Shown: positions 1 through 10,516 of the stretch, piece by piece | How positions within the stretch are numbered: position 1 is the stretch's first letter | How the letters are laid out: each line of letters starts with the position of its first letter | Source: an uncultured bacterium | GTDB taxonomy: Bacteria > Verrucomicrobiota > Verrucomicrobiia > Limisphaerales > UBA8199 | Length of the DNA stretch: 64,000 nucleotides | Assembly: GCA_963749495.1 (NCBI GenBank) | Contig: CAVVMW010000005.1 | Coordinates: 352,001-416,000, forward strand | Direction: 5' to 3' | Notes under the pieces: generated by a model | What the model was told of the DNA's origin: nothing | Databases searched by the model: none | Seen by the model: only the letters and a program-made list of their open reading frames with translations | Position numbers and translations under genes: made by a program

Positions 1-1171
1 CGACGGAAATGTCTATGCGGAGTTCGGGACGAACCTGATGCGGCTGGACGATGAAAGCGTGGCGCGCGTAGCGGCAGCGCCGGAGAGGCCCCAGATGAAG
101 CTTAGCGACGGCCGCGTCGTCACGTCGTTCGAGCGCGGCCGCTTCACGCTGCTGGATCCGAAGACGGGCACGAGCGTCGAGCGCACGTTTCGCTACGCCG
201 GCAACGGCGACCACATTTTCATGCTGGGCGTTGGCCCATCCAACTGTGTCTATGGCAGCACCGCGATGCCCCTGGAAATCTTCCGCTACGATCCGGCCTC
301 GAACCGGAGCGAGCATCTGGGCCACATGCCGGGCGGCGAGGTCTATTCGATGCTCGAGCACGAGCGGAAGCTCTACCTTTGTTACTACGGCGGCGCGGTG
401 ATGAACCTCTATGATCCGGGGAAACCGTTCTGGAGATTTGGTCCCGGGGCCGGCTCGAACCCGGTCTCGTTCGGCGGGGTGGGCGACGGTCACCTGCGTC
501 CGCGCGCGATGGTCTATGGGCCGAACGGCCTGATCTATATCGGCAGTGAACCGCCCTACGGCGAACTGGGCGGCGCCATTGGCGTGTGGGATCCGAAACA
601 GAACCGGACCATCGAGAACTACCGCCACGTGGTCACCAACCAGAGCATCGTCTCATTGGCGTGGGAACCCAGGAGCGGGCTGCTCTTCGGCGGCAGCGGC
701 AACTACGGCGGCGGCGGCACGCGCCCCGTGGAAAAGGAGGCGAGGTTCTTCGCGTTCGACCCCAAGAAAAAGGAGAAGGTCTTTGAGACGACCCTGTCGC
801 CCGGCGCGCGCAACTATCCGGCAACCTTCGCCATCGAGGGACAGGTGTTCACCACGGTGGGCGACCGCCTGTTCGTCTTCGATCCGGCGGCGATGCGGGT
901 GACGAAGGCCGTTCCACTTCCCGGCGCACAAGTGGAGATTTCACTTGGACAACTTCGCACAGGCCCTCTGGTCGGCCTCACGACGAAGGGCGTGTACGTG
1001 TACGACCTGCGACGCGGTGAAATTGTCCACACGGCCGAAGCGCCGGTTCCCGTGCGCTGTGGGTTCGCCCTGCTGGAGGATGATGTCTATTTCGGATCGA
1101 ACGCGGAGCTGTGGCGATACCGCCTGCCCGAGCCCGCATCCGCCGGAGAACCTGGCGCAGCGCAACGTTGA
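1..1171 (+). CDS. Beta-propeller-type hypothetical protein (5' end outside window)
   Basis: Frame open from position 2; repeated beta-strand units ending in YDP/WDP/FDP motifs. Confidence 0.55.
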   Translation, partial: DGNVYAEFGTNLMRLDDESVARVAAAPERPQMKLSDGRVVTSFERGRFTLLDPKTGTSVERTFRYAGNGDHIFMLGVGPSNCVYGSTAMPLEIFRYDPASNRSEHLGHMPGGEVYSMLEHERKLYLCYYGGAVMNLYDPGKPFWRFGPGAGSNPVSFGGVGDGHLRPRAMVYGPNGLIYIGSEPPYGELGGAIGVWDPKQNRTIENYRHVVTNQSIVSLAWEPRSGLLFGGSGNYGGGGTRPVEKEARFFAFDPKKKEKVFETTLSPGARNYPATFAIEGQVFTTVGDRLFVFDPAAMRVTKAVPLPGAQVEISLGQLRTGPLVGLTTKGVYVYDLRRGEIVHTAEAPVPVRCGFALLEDDVYFGSNAELWRYRLPEPASAGEPGAAQR

Positions 1172-1423
1172 TGGGAATCGGGAACCTATAGGCAGCAAGA
1201 TGCCACCGGGATTTTGCCGCCCAGCGAGGCGTGAACGAGGCGCATATCCGCAGTGATCTGTAACGAGTGAACAACGAAGCTGGACGGCAAAAGACCAAGG
1301 CAGGTTGCTGCTTATTCATTACCTCCGCCTTAGTGAGCCCGGCAGGAGGACCTGGTGACGGCAACATGTTTCTGCCCGCCGAAAAGGCTTGAAAAGGCGG
1401 AGAGGCCGTGGGATTTTCCCAAT

Positions 1424-1654
1424 ATGAACGCAGTCAAAGTGGATGCGGCCAAGCGGATCCGGCTTCCGGTTCTGCGCCCGGGTGACTATTACGAGCCCGA
1501 ATTCTTTGGCCCGGAGCAAATCATGCTCCGCCGCGTGCCTGAACCCAAACGGAAGGTGCAGTGGACCAAGGCCGAAGCGCTCGCGGCCATCGACAGGAGT
1601 CGCCTCAAATTCAGGGTAAACTGGGATGAATTGCGCCTGGAGACCCGAGAATGA
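1424..1654 (+). CDS. Putative AbrB/MazE-like antitoxin
   Basis: 76 aa, MNAVKVDAAKRIRLPVLRPGD; stop overlaps (ATGA) a PIN-like start. Confidence 0.55.
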   Translation: MNAVKVDAAKRIRLPVLRPGDYYEPEFFGPEQIMLRRVPEPKRKVQWTKAEALAAIDRSRLKFRVNWDELRLETRE

Positions 1655-1680
1655 TGCTCTTCGACACCAGCGTGATAAAA
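1651..1680 (+). pseudogene. N-terminal remnant of a PIN/VapC toxin
   Basis: MMLFDTSVI matches the PIN N-terminal xxDTSV motif; similarity is lost after about 10 codons. Confidence 0.45.
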
Positions 1681-1903
1681 GACCCAGAGCAAGGTTCCGC
1701 TGCCACGCCATGTGAACAGGCCCCGTTTAGAGACTGTTCTTCTTCACTTCCCCAGAGACTTCACGGCAGTCGGACAGTTGGGGGAAGCCGTATTCAAACG
1801 CGGAGACGCGAAGACCGCAGAGAAGAGGACGTTGGATACCGTTGTTGAACTCTCTTACGGTCTTGAGGCTTGTCTTCAACCCAACTTAGGCTAGAGTAAT
1901 TCT

Positions 1904-2223
1904 GTGAATCAAACCAGCGGTACGTACGAAAACGGGAAGGTCCTCCTGGACCAACCAGTGGACTGGCCCAATGGTGTCCACGTCAACGTGGTACGAGGGG
2001 ATGGCTCGGAGGGCGCCATTGACGATGGTTGTGTTGACGGTTTCGAAATGGGAGGCCACGGATCAAGCCACCCGCGCGTGGCTCGCCTGGTTTGATTCAC
2101 TGGAGCCCGTGTTCACCGGAGAAGAACTGGCGCGATTCGAAGCCGATCTGCACCGCCTCCGCCATGAGCAAAACTCGTTCCTCCCGGCGTGGGAGCAAAG
2201 AATTGAACAGGCTGCTGAAGTGA
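1904..2223 (+). CDS. Putative antitoxin (DUF104/AF2212-like), frameshifted
   Basis: GTYENGKVLLDQPVDWPNG motif; removing one T near 2041 and one G near 2210 gives a continuous ORF ending LLK* that overlaps the toxin GTG. Confidence 0.55.
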
Positions 2224-2633
2224 CGCGCTACCTCCTGGATAGCGGCATTGCCAGCGACCTTATCAACCGGCGGGGCCTGGTACCCTCGCGCGCGCGTGCG
2301 GCGCGCCTGCGCGGCGATCAAGTCGGCATTGGAACGCCGGTTTTGGGCGAGCTTATCGCTGGCATTCAGAACTCCAACGACCCGCAAAGGCACTTGGCGG
2401 CGCTGTGGCGGAATATTGGGTTGCTGACGCTGTGGACCTTCGACAAAGCGGCGGCAATTCAATTTGGAATATTCCACGCGGAGTTGCGCCGCAGAGGGCG
2501 TTTGATCCAGGTTGTGGACCTCCAAATCGCTGCGATCGCCTGCACGCTGCGAAATTGCGTGGTTGTTTCCAAGGGCAACGACCTTCGCGCGGTACCGGGT
2601 CTCGCCGTGGAAGACTGGTCTGTGCAGCAGTAG
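2220..2633 (+). CDS. vapC: PIN-domain (VapC) toxin
   Basis: YLLDSG, VLGEL, DLQIAAIA, LAVEDW PIN motifs. Confidence 0.85.
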   Translation: MTRYLLDSGIASDLINRRGLVPSRARAARLRGDQVGIGTPVLGELIAGIQNSNDPQRHLAALWRNIGLLTLWTFDKAAAIQFGIFHAELRRRGRLIQVVDLQIAAIACTLRNCVVVSKGNDLRAVPGLAVEDWSVQQ

Positions 2634-2976
2634 CCTGATTGGCGCGCACCGGCGCTGAAAGCGTGCCGGCTCTCCGATCCAACAAAGTGGTTAGACATGA
2701 GGCGGCAGACGTGAATCTGCCTTCTCTCAAGGCGATTTGCATGCTCGGGGGATGCATCGGAGATGGCCTATGTCACTCTCTCTTTTTGACCAATGGGGTT
2801 TTTCAGCGCAATCCAAACTACGGGTTGACCCCTCTTCCTTCCGCGCCAGCCGACTGATCGCCTGATGGCCCGGCTGCCGCCCATCAAGTGGATATGCGCT
2901 CGGTTGTGGCCAAGATCGCGGGCAGCTTGGAGGGCGCCGTCGCGCTCGACGTGGAGTCGCTCACCGACCGCTTCGC

Positions 2977-3174
2977 TCACTGACCTGGGGCCAGCAGAAC
3001 CCGGAAACCGAAGAACCTCCCCCGGTTGCCCGGGTAGCCGCCGTAGCGGGCCGCGGACCGGCAGACCCTGGCGAAGTCGCGCCAGTCGCCGCCGCGGAAC
3101 ACCCGGTACCAGCCCGAAACAGCCCCTCGCGGATCGGTCACACTCCCGGCGGGATAGTTCCCATACCAGTCCAA
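2977..3174 (-). pseudogene. C-terminal fragment of an FGE-sulfatase (SUMF1/CLec-fold) domain protein
   Basis: DWYGNY..SVTDP..RVFRGGDW...CRSAAR...GFRV motif; rest of the gene is absent. Confidence 0.8.
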
Positions 3175-3289
3175 ACCAGGCTCCGCGCGCAGGGCGTTGG
3201 CTGAAAGAAACAGTTCAGCGCCTCGTCGAGGCAGATGAGTGCCTTTTCACTCTGACCGGCCGAATTAGCAAGCGAAAAATGACGGTCAA

Positions 3290-3515
3290 TGTAATCGGTC
3301 CATTGAAGGCGGAGACGGAGTCGCCGACGGACCCCTCACCCCGACCCTCTCCCCGTCCGACGGGGAGAGGGAGAAGCCTCGGCAGTCTCCGAAACTTCCA
3401 CGGCGTGTGCGCTTCCTCATGCCGCGACCGAAGATTCTCCCTCTCCCCTTCCGAAGGGGAGAGGGCCGGGGTGAGGGGTCTGCCCCCTGTGCCGCTCCCG
3501 GCTCACTGAGGCCTT
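3290..3515. repeat. ~220-bp BIME/MITE-like element containing an inverted REP pair (copy 1)
   Basis: CCCCTCACCCCGACCCTCTCCCC...GGGGAGAGGGAGA at 3332-3374 and its inverse at 3436-3478; homologous to 10517-10741 in opposite orientation. Confidence 0.85.
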
Positions 3516-3536
3516 GCCGGTCGATCGTTGCCGGGA

Positions 3537-6359
3537 TTAAGGGACCAAATAACCCGTTGTCCAGATGGGCGGCGCGAGGCCTTCGACTTGGCTGGGAGCC
3601 ACGTCGGATGGAAAGTTGCCGTCGAGGATGCCTCCGTCCCCCCACTCATCGTCCGTGATCCGGCGCGGAGCGCCGATGACTTCAAATTCGTAGTGGCTCA
3701 AAACTGGTCCAGCGCAGATAAAGCGATCCGCTCCATTGTCCACCGCGATCAGCAGCAGGTTCACGCGTCCGATGCCTTCGTGGAGGACGCTCCCTGGGTC
3801 TGGAGGATTACAATTAGGGTCTGGAGGAAGGCACGGCGCATCGGTGTGCACGTCGGCGACGATGGCGTCGTGGACTCCCGAGCCGTATGTGAGGTCGAAC
3901 CCGAATGTGTCCCAGTAGATCGTCCGATAGAACAGTTTCGGGTACCAGCCACTGTAGGTCAGAAGGCGAGGCATACAACCGAAGCTAGCATAGAACTCCA
4001 CCACCTCAGCTCCGACAAACTGCTCGTCGTCCGCAGTGAAGCTCTCCTGCGCCAGTTCTTTGGCCGCCAAATCTGCCAGGCGGGCGGCGATGCCCGCGAA
4101 GCGCTGCAAGTGGGCGACCTGGCGATTGCGAATCGTCTCCAAGGAGACGGTGTTGGTGCCCCAATCTCCGGTTGGCATTTCGTCGCCCGTCACTGGATCG
4201 ACCAGCGGTGGAGGCTGGCCAACATACGTGTAACTGCCCTGGTATGGGAGACCCGCGAGGAGTTCCGCCGTGCGCGCGGCCATTGCTCCCAACCGGTTCC
4301 AGAACTCCACGCGAGGTTCGACAAACCCCGTCGGATAAAGACAGGCACCGCCGCCGGCGGTGTAGGACTGCTTGGCGTAGAGAATCGTGTCGTGCCGCAG
4401 TTGCGCCCATGAGGCGAGCTGTGTGTTGAGCGTCTTCATCGCCCAAGCGCGTGTGCGCATCGCTTCGGGATACTTCGCGTCCGTCGTGGGGGCGGAGAGT
4501 TCACGCAGACAGGCGAGCCAGCTCATGTACATGTTGCTGTCCCATGCATCGGGCGTCTGCTGGTCCATCACCGCGCGCGCGGCAGCCAGATTGTGCTGAT
4601 AGGGCAGCCCATCGCGGAACTGCATCGCATGAGGGCGGTTGGTGTCCGGGTACGTGCCCTTCATTTGCTCAACCAGCTCCGGCACGACCTGGTCGTTGCC
4701 GAGCACGGCGAACGCGGCGTCGAGCGCCCCGGGCACGCGCCGCTTCACTTTATTCGTCTGGCCATTCTCCACCCACAGGATGCTGTCAAAGACCGTTTGC
4801 GAAAAAGCCCAGCTATCCGGCACGAACTTCTGGCCCAAGACCGTGAACGTCTGCGGCAGGGCGTAGCGTGCCGCCGGGCCAAAGGGCGAGGCAAACCAAC
4901 CGCTGCGGATGTTCTGCACGCCCAACGCGCCGTTCACAATGTTGGTCTGCAACTGGCTAAGCGTCGCCACGTCCGGCACGTCGGCCAGCGTGCGGATGCC
5001 CGCCCCAGCCAGCAAGCCGTTGAGCTGCCCGAAGTTCAGCGAGTCGGTCCACCCGACAAAGGCCGAGGTGATATTGTCCATGTCCGCCCAGGTCTGGAAC
5101 TGCCCGGACTGGTTCAGCAGGCGCCAGAAAACGATGGCGACGCCCAGCTCGCGTGGCGAGGCCATCCGTGCGTCGAGGGGACACCGCTCGAATGGTCCGC
5201 CGGCCACAGGCACGTCAATGAAGCCCAGCCACATCACACATTGGAAGTAACGGCCCAAGCGCTCTGAATGCGTATAGTGCCCGCGGACCTCGAACTGCGA
5301 GAAGTCCACCATCCGGCAGAAACCCATGAAGTCGTTCTCCTGCACGAGTTGTAAACCGTAGATGTCCGCCAATGTTTGGGCCACGCGCGCGTCCTGCCCG
5401 AGCACGGAAGGGGCCGAGGGTTGGTTGGTGCCCGCCAGCAGCGAGCGCGCGACGGCCAGAAACCAATCCGCGTCGCGCAGGCTGTCGTGGAGCGCGCCGT
5501 TGCCGACCTCGGCATCCGCCGCCGCGACTTGCGCCGCCATGCCGTCGAGCATTGTCCCGACGGAGTTATAGAGGTAGGTTTCCTCGGTTTCTTCCAGCAT
5601 CGCGTCGTAGGTCCGATGCCACGCCTCCAACAGCGCGTCGGCGGAGACGAACACCGGCAGGTCGCTGAAAAACAGATTGTAGAAGACCTGCGCGAAACTG
5701 AAACCGCCCGGCGGTCCGCACACGACGAAGCCATTCTGCTTGAAGATCGCCAGCTCCGGCGCGCTGAGCCGGGTGTCCACAGAGCGATAACCGCGGTCGC
5801 CCGGTTGCTTGCCGGCGTTCACGACATCGGGATCGGCGCTGAACAGGTCCCAGTACTGGGCCGTCGTCGGATCCCATGTAATGCCGGGCAGATAACTCGC
5901 GGTGCCGGGAAACATCGCGGCGAACTCATCCGGTGAGATTTGGCCGATGCGCTGCAGCTCTTGTGTGAAGGCATCGCCGTAGCCAAACACTTGAGCGCCG
6001 CCGGAACCGAGACTGGCAGCGGCAGGCTGCTGGACAACCAATACGCGGTAGAAGGCGAGCGGTTGGTCAGTCCCAAGCGCCAGGCTGAGGCTCAGGCCGG
6101 GCAGCGCTGCGGAACCGCGCTGGCGCTCGCCGACGGGCTGCCAATGGTTCAAATCAGTGCTGCTCTGAACCTCGAACCAGGGAAAAACCGCCGTGCCGCC
6201 ACTGCCAACGGACTGCGAGGGCCAGTGGATTTCAAGGTTCGGGCCGTTCAGATGCAGGGTTAGCTTGACGTTCGCATCATAGCTTGGGCCTTGAGCGGGC
6301 GAGGAGGTGGCGGTTGCGGCCAGCACCGCACAGAGGAACAAAGGATTTTGGGGTTTCAT
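3537..6359 (-). CDS. Secreted DUF3160-domain protein
   Basis: Signal peptide; PRGHYT-like VRGHYT, CVMWLG, LNTQLASWAQLRHDTILYAKQSY, VADVHT, GPVLSHYEF motifs. Confidence 0.85.
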   Translation of the reverse strand: MKPQNPLFLCAVLAATATSSPAQGPSYDANVKLTLHLNGPNLEIHWPSQSVGSGGTAVFPWFEVQSSTDLNHWQPVGERQRGSAALPGLSLSLALGTDQPLAFYRVLVVQQPAAASLGSGGAQVFGYGDAFTQELQRIGQISPDEFAAMFPGTASYLPGITWDPTTAQYWDLFSADPDVVNAGKQPGDRGYRSVDTRLSAPELAIFKQNGFVVCGPPGGFSFAQVFYNLFFSDLPVFVSADALLEAWHRTYDAMLEETEETYLYNSVGTMLDGMAAQVAAADAEVGNGALHDSLRDADWFLAVARSLLAGTNQPSAPSVLGQDARVAQTLADIYGLQLVQENDFMGFCRMVDFSQFEVRGHYTHSERLGRYFQCVMWLGFIDVPVAGGPFERCPLDARMASPRELGVAIVFWRLLNQSGQFQTWADMDNITSAFVGWTDSLNFGQLNGLLAGAGIRTLADVPDVATLSQLQTNIVNGALGVQNIRSGWFASPFGPAARYALPQTFTVLGQKFVPDSWAFSQTVFDSILWVENGQTNKVKRRVPGALDAAFAVLGNDQVVPELVEQMKGTYPDTNRPHAMQFRDGLPYQHNLAAARAVMDQQTPDAWDSNMYMSWLACLRELSAPTTDAKYPEAMRTRAWAMKTLNTQLASWAQLRHDTILYAKQSYTAGGGACLYPTGFVEPRVEFWNRLGAMAARTAELLAGLPYQGSYTYVGQPPPLVDPVTGDEMPTGDWGTNTVSLETIRNRQVAHLQRFAGIAARLADLAAKELAQESFTADDEQFVGAEVVEFYASFGCMPRLLTYSGWYPKLFYRTIYWDTFGFDLTYGSGVHDAIVADVHTDAPCLPPDPNCNPPDPGSVLHEGIGRVNLLLIAVDNGADRFICAGPVLSHYEFEVIGAPRRITDDEWGDGGILDGNFPSDVAPSQVEGLAPPIWTTGYLVP

Positions 6360-6934
6360 AATATTCTTTTTGCCGTGCGCCCGGCTATTGGCGCTGCGCG
6401 GGCGAGGGGGAATTGGTTCCTGATCGTGCGCATGTTGAAAAACGCTTCTGGGCGGGCAGTTGGTTTAATTGGCCCTGATCGCCTTTGGGTTTCCTGGTTT
6501 CTGGATTAAAGGAAGCGGCGGTGACCTCGATGGACGAGGGGGTCAATGGCCGCTCGTTGGCATGACCTCTGGGATGGTAAGCACCTGATGCATGCTCGCC
6601 CGAACCCGCCCCCGCAATTCCCGATGCCCATTTCATAACCCACCGGCCACCCAACTACACCGCCACGAAACCAGCAAGCCCTCACCGCCAATCGCTGATT
6701 TCTGCCGGGCAACCTTCCGTCTGGCCACAAGCCCAAGAAGGTGTCGAGAGGAATATTTTCACGGCGGCCAGCATGTCTCGTGCCAATCGTGCCAAACCGA
6801 TGTTCGCTCTGATAAGAATTTGCCGTTTGCCGCGCCACCGGTTGTTGACGCTGTGCGGGCGAGATTTCTGTTGACAACTCTCACGATTTCATTCACCCTT
6901 GGGATGAATGATTTGTTGACAACCGATCAGACCT

Positions 6935-7270
6935 GTGGAACTTTCTTTCAGAAACAGCAAATTGGCGAAGATGCTGAACTCCGAACGAGAGCTTGTCCGG
7001 TCCTACGGTGCCGACAACGGTCGCCGCATCGGCCTGCGGCTGCACAACATCCGCGACGCCGGCACTCTTGAGGAGCTTTCAAAAGTGCCTCAAACGCGCG
7101 TCCACGAATTGACCGGGGACCGAAACGAGCAAATCTCTGTGGACGCCAAGCATCCCTATCGCCTCATCCTGGTCTGCAATCACGAAGAAACGCCCAGAAA
7201 GTCCGATGGCGGGCTGGACTGGGCGCGCATCACGAAGGTGCAACTCATCGAAATTGTTGACACACACTAA
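6935..7270 (+). CDS. higB: HigB/RelE-like toxin (plasmid maintenance killer family)
   Basis: MELSFRNSKLAK..., HELTGDR.EQISVD..HPYRLI, DGGLDW; lies upstream of an HTH antitoxin. Confidence 0.8.
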   Translation: MELSFRNSKLAKMLNSERELVRSYGADNGRRIGLRLHNIRDAGTLEELSKVPQTRVHELTGDRNEQISVDAKHPYRLILVCNHEETPRKSDGGLDWARITKVQLIEIVDTH

Positions 7271-7272
7271 TT

Positions 7273-8378
7273 ATGAGCACCACCACCTCTTCTTCCAACC
7301 GGATTACGCCGTCCATCCCGGCGAAACGCTTGCCGAAACTCTCGAACAACTCGGCATGTCCCAGGCAGAACTCGCCCAACGCATGGGCCGGCCTTTACAG
7401 ATGATCAGCGAAATCATTCAGGGCAAGAAGGCTATCACAGCCGAGACCGCTCTCCAACTCGAGCGCGCCACCGGTGTGCCTGCCAACTTCTGGAACTCGT
7501 CTCAGCGTAACTACGAGGCAACCCTAGCTCGCCTGGAGGAGGAGCGCGGGCTCGCGCCCGACTCCTCCTGGCTCACACAATTTCCACTGAAGGCCCTTAT
7601 CAATCTCCGCTGGCTTCCTGAATGTGAATCCCCTTCCGAGCAGTTGCGCGCTCTCCTCAATTTCTTCGGTGTCGCCGGGATGCGAGAATGGAAAGCCCTC
7701 TGGACCGGTCCGGAGGTTGCCTATCGCAAATCCAGTGCGTTCGCAGCCAATCCCATGGCGGCAGCCGCCTGGCTCCGGCAGGGCGAGCGCGTCGCTCAAC
7801 AGATCCGGACCGAGCCGTACAATCAGGAGGTCTTCGTAAAAGCACTCTACGAAATCCGGAGGCTCACCGCTTGCGACGCCGACGTCTTCGTTCCAAGGGC
7901 GGCAGAACTCTGCCGGACTGCTGGAGTCGCTCTGGTGTTTATCCCCGAGCTTCCTGCGACACGTGCCTACGGAGCCACGCGTTGGCTCACCCCTTCGAAA
8001 GCCATCCTCCAACTCAGCCTGCGAGGCAAAACCGACGACTTCCTCTGGTTCACTTTCTTCCACGAAAGCGCTCACATCCTCAAACACGGCAAACGCGACG
8101 TTTTCATTGAAGCTCCAGACGGCATCCACGACCAGGAGAGCCGCCGCAAGGAGCACGAGGCGGACACTTTCGCTTCGGATTTCCTGATCCCGAGGCACGC
8201 CCTGAGCGAATTCCGTCAGCAAAGGCGGTTCACCACTCAAACCATTGAACGATTCGCCGCGCAACTCGCCATCGCTCCCGGCATCGTCGTCGGCCGCCTC
8301 CAGCAGGAAGGGCTCCTGCCCTATACGCATCTTAACGTGCTGAAGACGCGCTTTTGCTTCAAAGACAGCGACGAATAG
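7273..8378 (+). CDS. higA: HigA antitoxin fused to an ImmA/IrrE metallopeptidase (apparent frameshift near 7290)
   Basis: AVHPGETL, MSQAELAQRMG HTH, FFHESAH HExxH motif, EADTFA; ATG at 7273 is out of frame with the main ORF. Confidence 0.85.
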
Positions 8379-8411
8379 CGGACATACCAGGAAACAGCTA
8401 ACGCCGAGATT

Positions 8412-9230
8412 ATGAGCCAGGCAAATTCCACCGGAGAAACGCCGCCAGCGCCCGTGGCACGACCAAACGGGAACGTCGCTAAGCTGATGACGCACCTGCT
8501 GGACAACTGGATGGATGGCAACCCGCTCTTCACCTGGATGAGCCGTGCGTTGCTGCCGGATTACCGGGCGCCGGCAAAACCGGGCCTGCCTGCAACCGGG
8601 CCGCGAGAAATCCCCCATGCCGACGAGGGAATGAGAGCGGCCCTGGAGACCCTGCGTTTGTATCCCGTTGATCGGGTGCTGCGGCCGGTCATGAACTCAC
8701 TGCGCACGGACATCGAACCCAATCCGTTTGCCCGCGGCGAAAAGCTCAGTGCCCGGCCGATTCCGATCAACGAGCGTCCCCTGGACAACGAATACGCCTG
8801 GAAAGGCAATCCCTACCAGATGGACGGCTGGCTCAAGCCGATTGTGACGGTGTTCCAATTCTCCTGCGACGATCCTCTGGTCGGCTGGTTTAGCGACAGC
8901 ACGGGGGCGGTGTTCATGACCCTGGACGGCGGGAAGCAGTGGCATGACGTGAGTGGGGGGTTGCGCGGCGCCCGCGCACAGACCCTGGTTGCGTCCAGCC
9001 GGCGCACATTCGTTCTTCACGCCCAGACCGACCAGGGGGTGTTCCTCAGCCGTGATGGCGGCATGAGTTGGCGTCCGGTTCCCCAGGGAGACGCGGTCAC
9101 ATTCCCGGCCTTTGATTTCAAACAATGGCTCCGGGTCTCCGGCAATCTCTCCTGCCGCATAAATGCGGCGTTCCGAACCCGGCCGGAACGCCGCATTTAT
9201 GCGGCAGGGCCCAAAAATAAGAATTGCTGA
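8412..9230 (+). pseudogene. Fragment of a BNR/Asp-box repeat protein truncated at a palindrome
   Basis: TLDGGKQW and SRDGGMSW Asp-boxes; 3' end runs into the 9151-9208 palindrome. Confidence 0.55.
9151..9208. repeat. Perfect 25-bp inverted repeat (REP doublet)
   Basis: CCTGCCGCATAAATGCGGCGTTCCG, 8-nt loop, exact reverse complement. Confidence 0.9.
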
Positions 9231-9306
9231 ATCTGCCTGCGCAAGGCTGGACTTTGGCGTCGTGAACACCTAAAATCGCCCCCGCATATTCGAACACGAA
9301 CATTCT

Positions 9307-10494
9307 ATGAAATTACCTTCCGCCATAACGACCATTTGCACCGGCCTGTCTCTCTCCGCCAGCGCGTTTGCTGCCAACGTGGGGTCTCCGTTCTACGGGG
9401 ACGCCCCCGATGAACACCATCCATGGGCGGTGCACGACCGCAATCGTCCCCAGCCCACGCTGGTCACGCCCGGCACCTTCAGCTCCCAGGAGCAACCGGG
9501 CAAACCGCCCTCCGACGCCATCATCCTTTTCGATGGGACCGACCTCTCCAAATGGGAGGCCGACGAGGGAACCGGTGTCCCCACCAAATGGGTCGTGAAG
9601 GACGGCGCCATGGAGTGCGTTCCCGGCTCGGGCTATATCCGCACCAAAGACAAGCTGGGCGACATCCAACTGCACGTCGAATGGGCGGCGCCCACCAAAG
9701 CCGAGGGCGAAAGCCAGGGGCGCGGCAACAGCGGCGTCTTCCTGATGGGTTTGGTGGAAATCCAGGTGCTCGACGACTACAACAATCCCACTTACCCCGA
9801 CGGCTTCGCGGGCTCGGTCTATGGCGTCAACCCGCCGCTGGCCAATGCCTTGCGCCCCCCCGGCCAGTTCCAGGCTTATGACATCGTTTTCCGCCGGCCA
9901 ATCTACAAGGACGGCAAACCATTGGACCCCGGTTACGTCACGGTCTTCGAAAACGGGGTCTTGGTCCAGGACCATACCATGCTGGAAGGCGGCACCGGTC
10001 ACATGGGCCGCAGCAAGCCGGGGCCTTTCCCGGAGGCCGGGCCCCTCAAGCTTCAGGATCACGGCAATCCGGTCCGTTACCGCAACGTCTGGTATCGTCC
10101 CCTGCCTCCCCGCGCCATCGAAGGCGGCACCGACGGCTATCTGACCACGGAAGCCACCATGGCCAAGCGCCAGCAGATCGCCGCCCTGATCCGGCAAGAC
10201 GCCGAGAAACTAAAGGACCCCGCCAATCCCGTGCCGGAAATGCTCCGCCTGGCGGAATCGCTCGTGTACGAGAACGATGCCGACGCGGCCCAAAGGGCCG
10301 GAGAACTGGCGGGCCAATATTGGGCGGGCATCGAGCAACTGCCCCCAGACAAGCTGGCCGCCAAAAAGGATGAACTGAAGCACCTGCGCAACGTCTGCAA
10401 GTACCTCGCCCGCTTTAACATCATCGCGGAGGATGCCGAGGGGAAGGTCAGACTCGAGGCACTCATCAAAGAGCACAATTGGGACAAGAAATAG
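9307..10494 (+). CDS. Secreted DUF1080 (3-keto-disaccharide hydrolase family) protein
   Basis: Signal peptide; PPSDAIILFDG, LHVEW, GNSGVFL, EIQVLD, LQDHGNPVRYRNVW. Confidence 0.9.
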   Translation: MKLPSAITTICTGLSLSASAFAANVGSPFYGDAPDEHHPWAVHDRNRPQPTLVTPGTFSSQEQPGKPPSDAIILFDGTDLSKWEADEGTGVPTKWVVKDGAMECVPGSGYIRTKDKLGDIQLHVEWAAPTKAEGESQGRGNSGVFLMGLVEIQVLDDYNNPTYPDGFAGSVYGVNPPLANALRPPGQFQAYDIVFRRPIYKDGKPLDPGYVTVFENGVLVQDHTMLEGGTGHMGRSKPGPFPEAGPLKLQDHGNPVRYRNVWYRPLPPRAIEGGTDGYLTTEATMAKRQQIAALIRQDAEKLKDPANPVPEMLRLAESLVYENDADAAQRAGELAGQYWAGIEQLPPDKLAAKKDELKHLRNVCKYLARFNIIAEDAEGKVRLEALIKEHNWDKK

Positions 10495-10516
10495 TCGCGC
10501 GGACGGAACTGAAGGT

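Noticed and set aside
1971..2633. Natural antitoxin-toxin fusion ORF (220 aa)
   Set aside because: Two single-base duplications explain it; repair gives a standard GTGA-overlapping gene pair.
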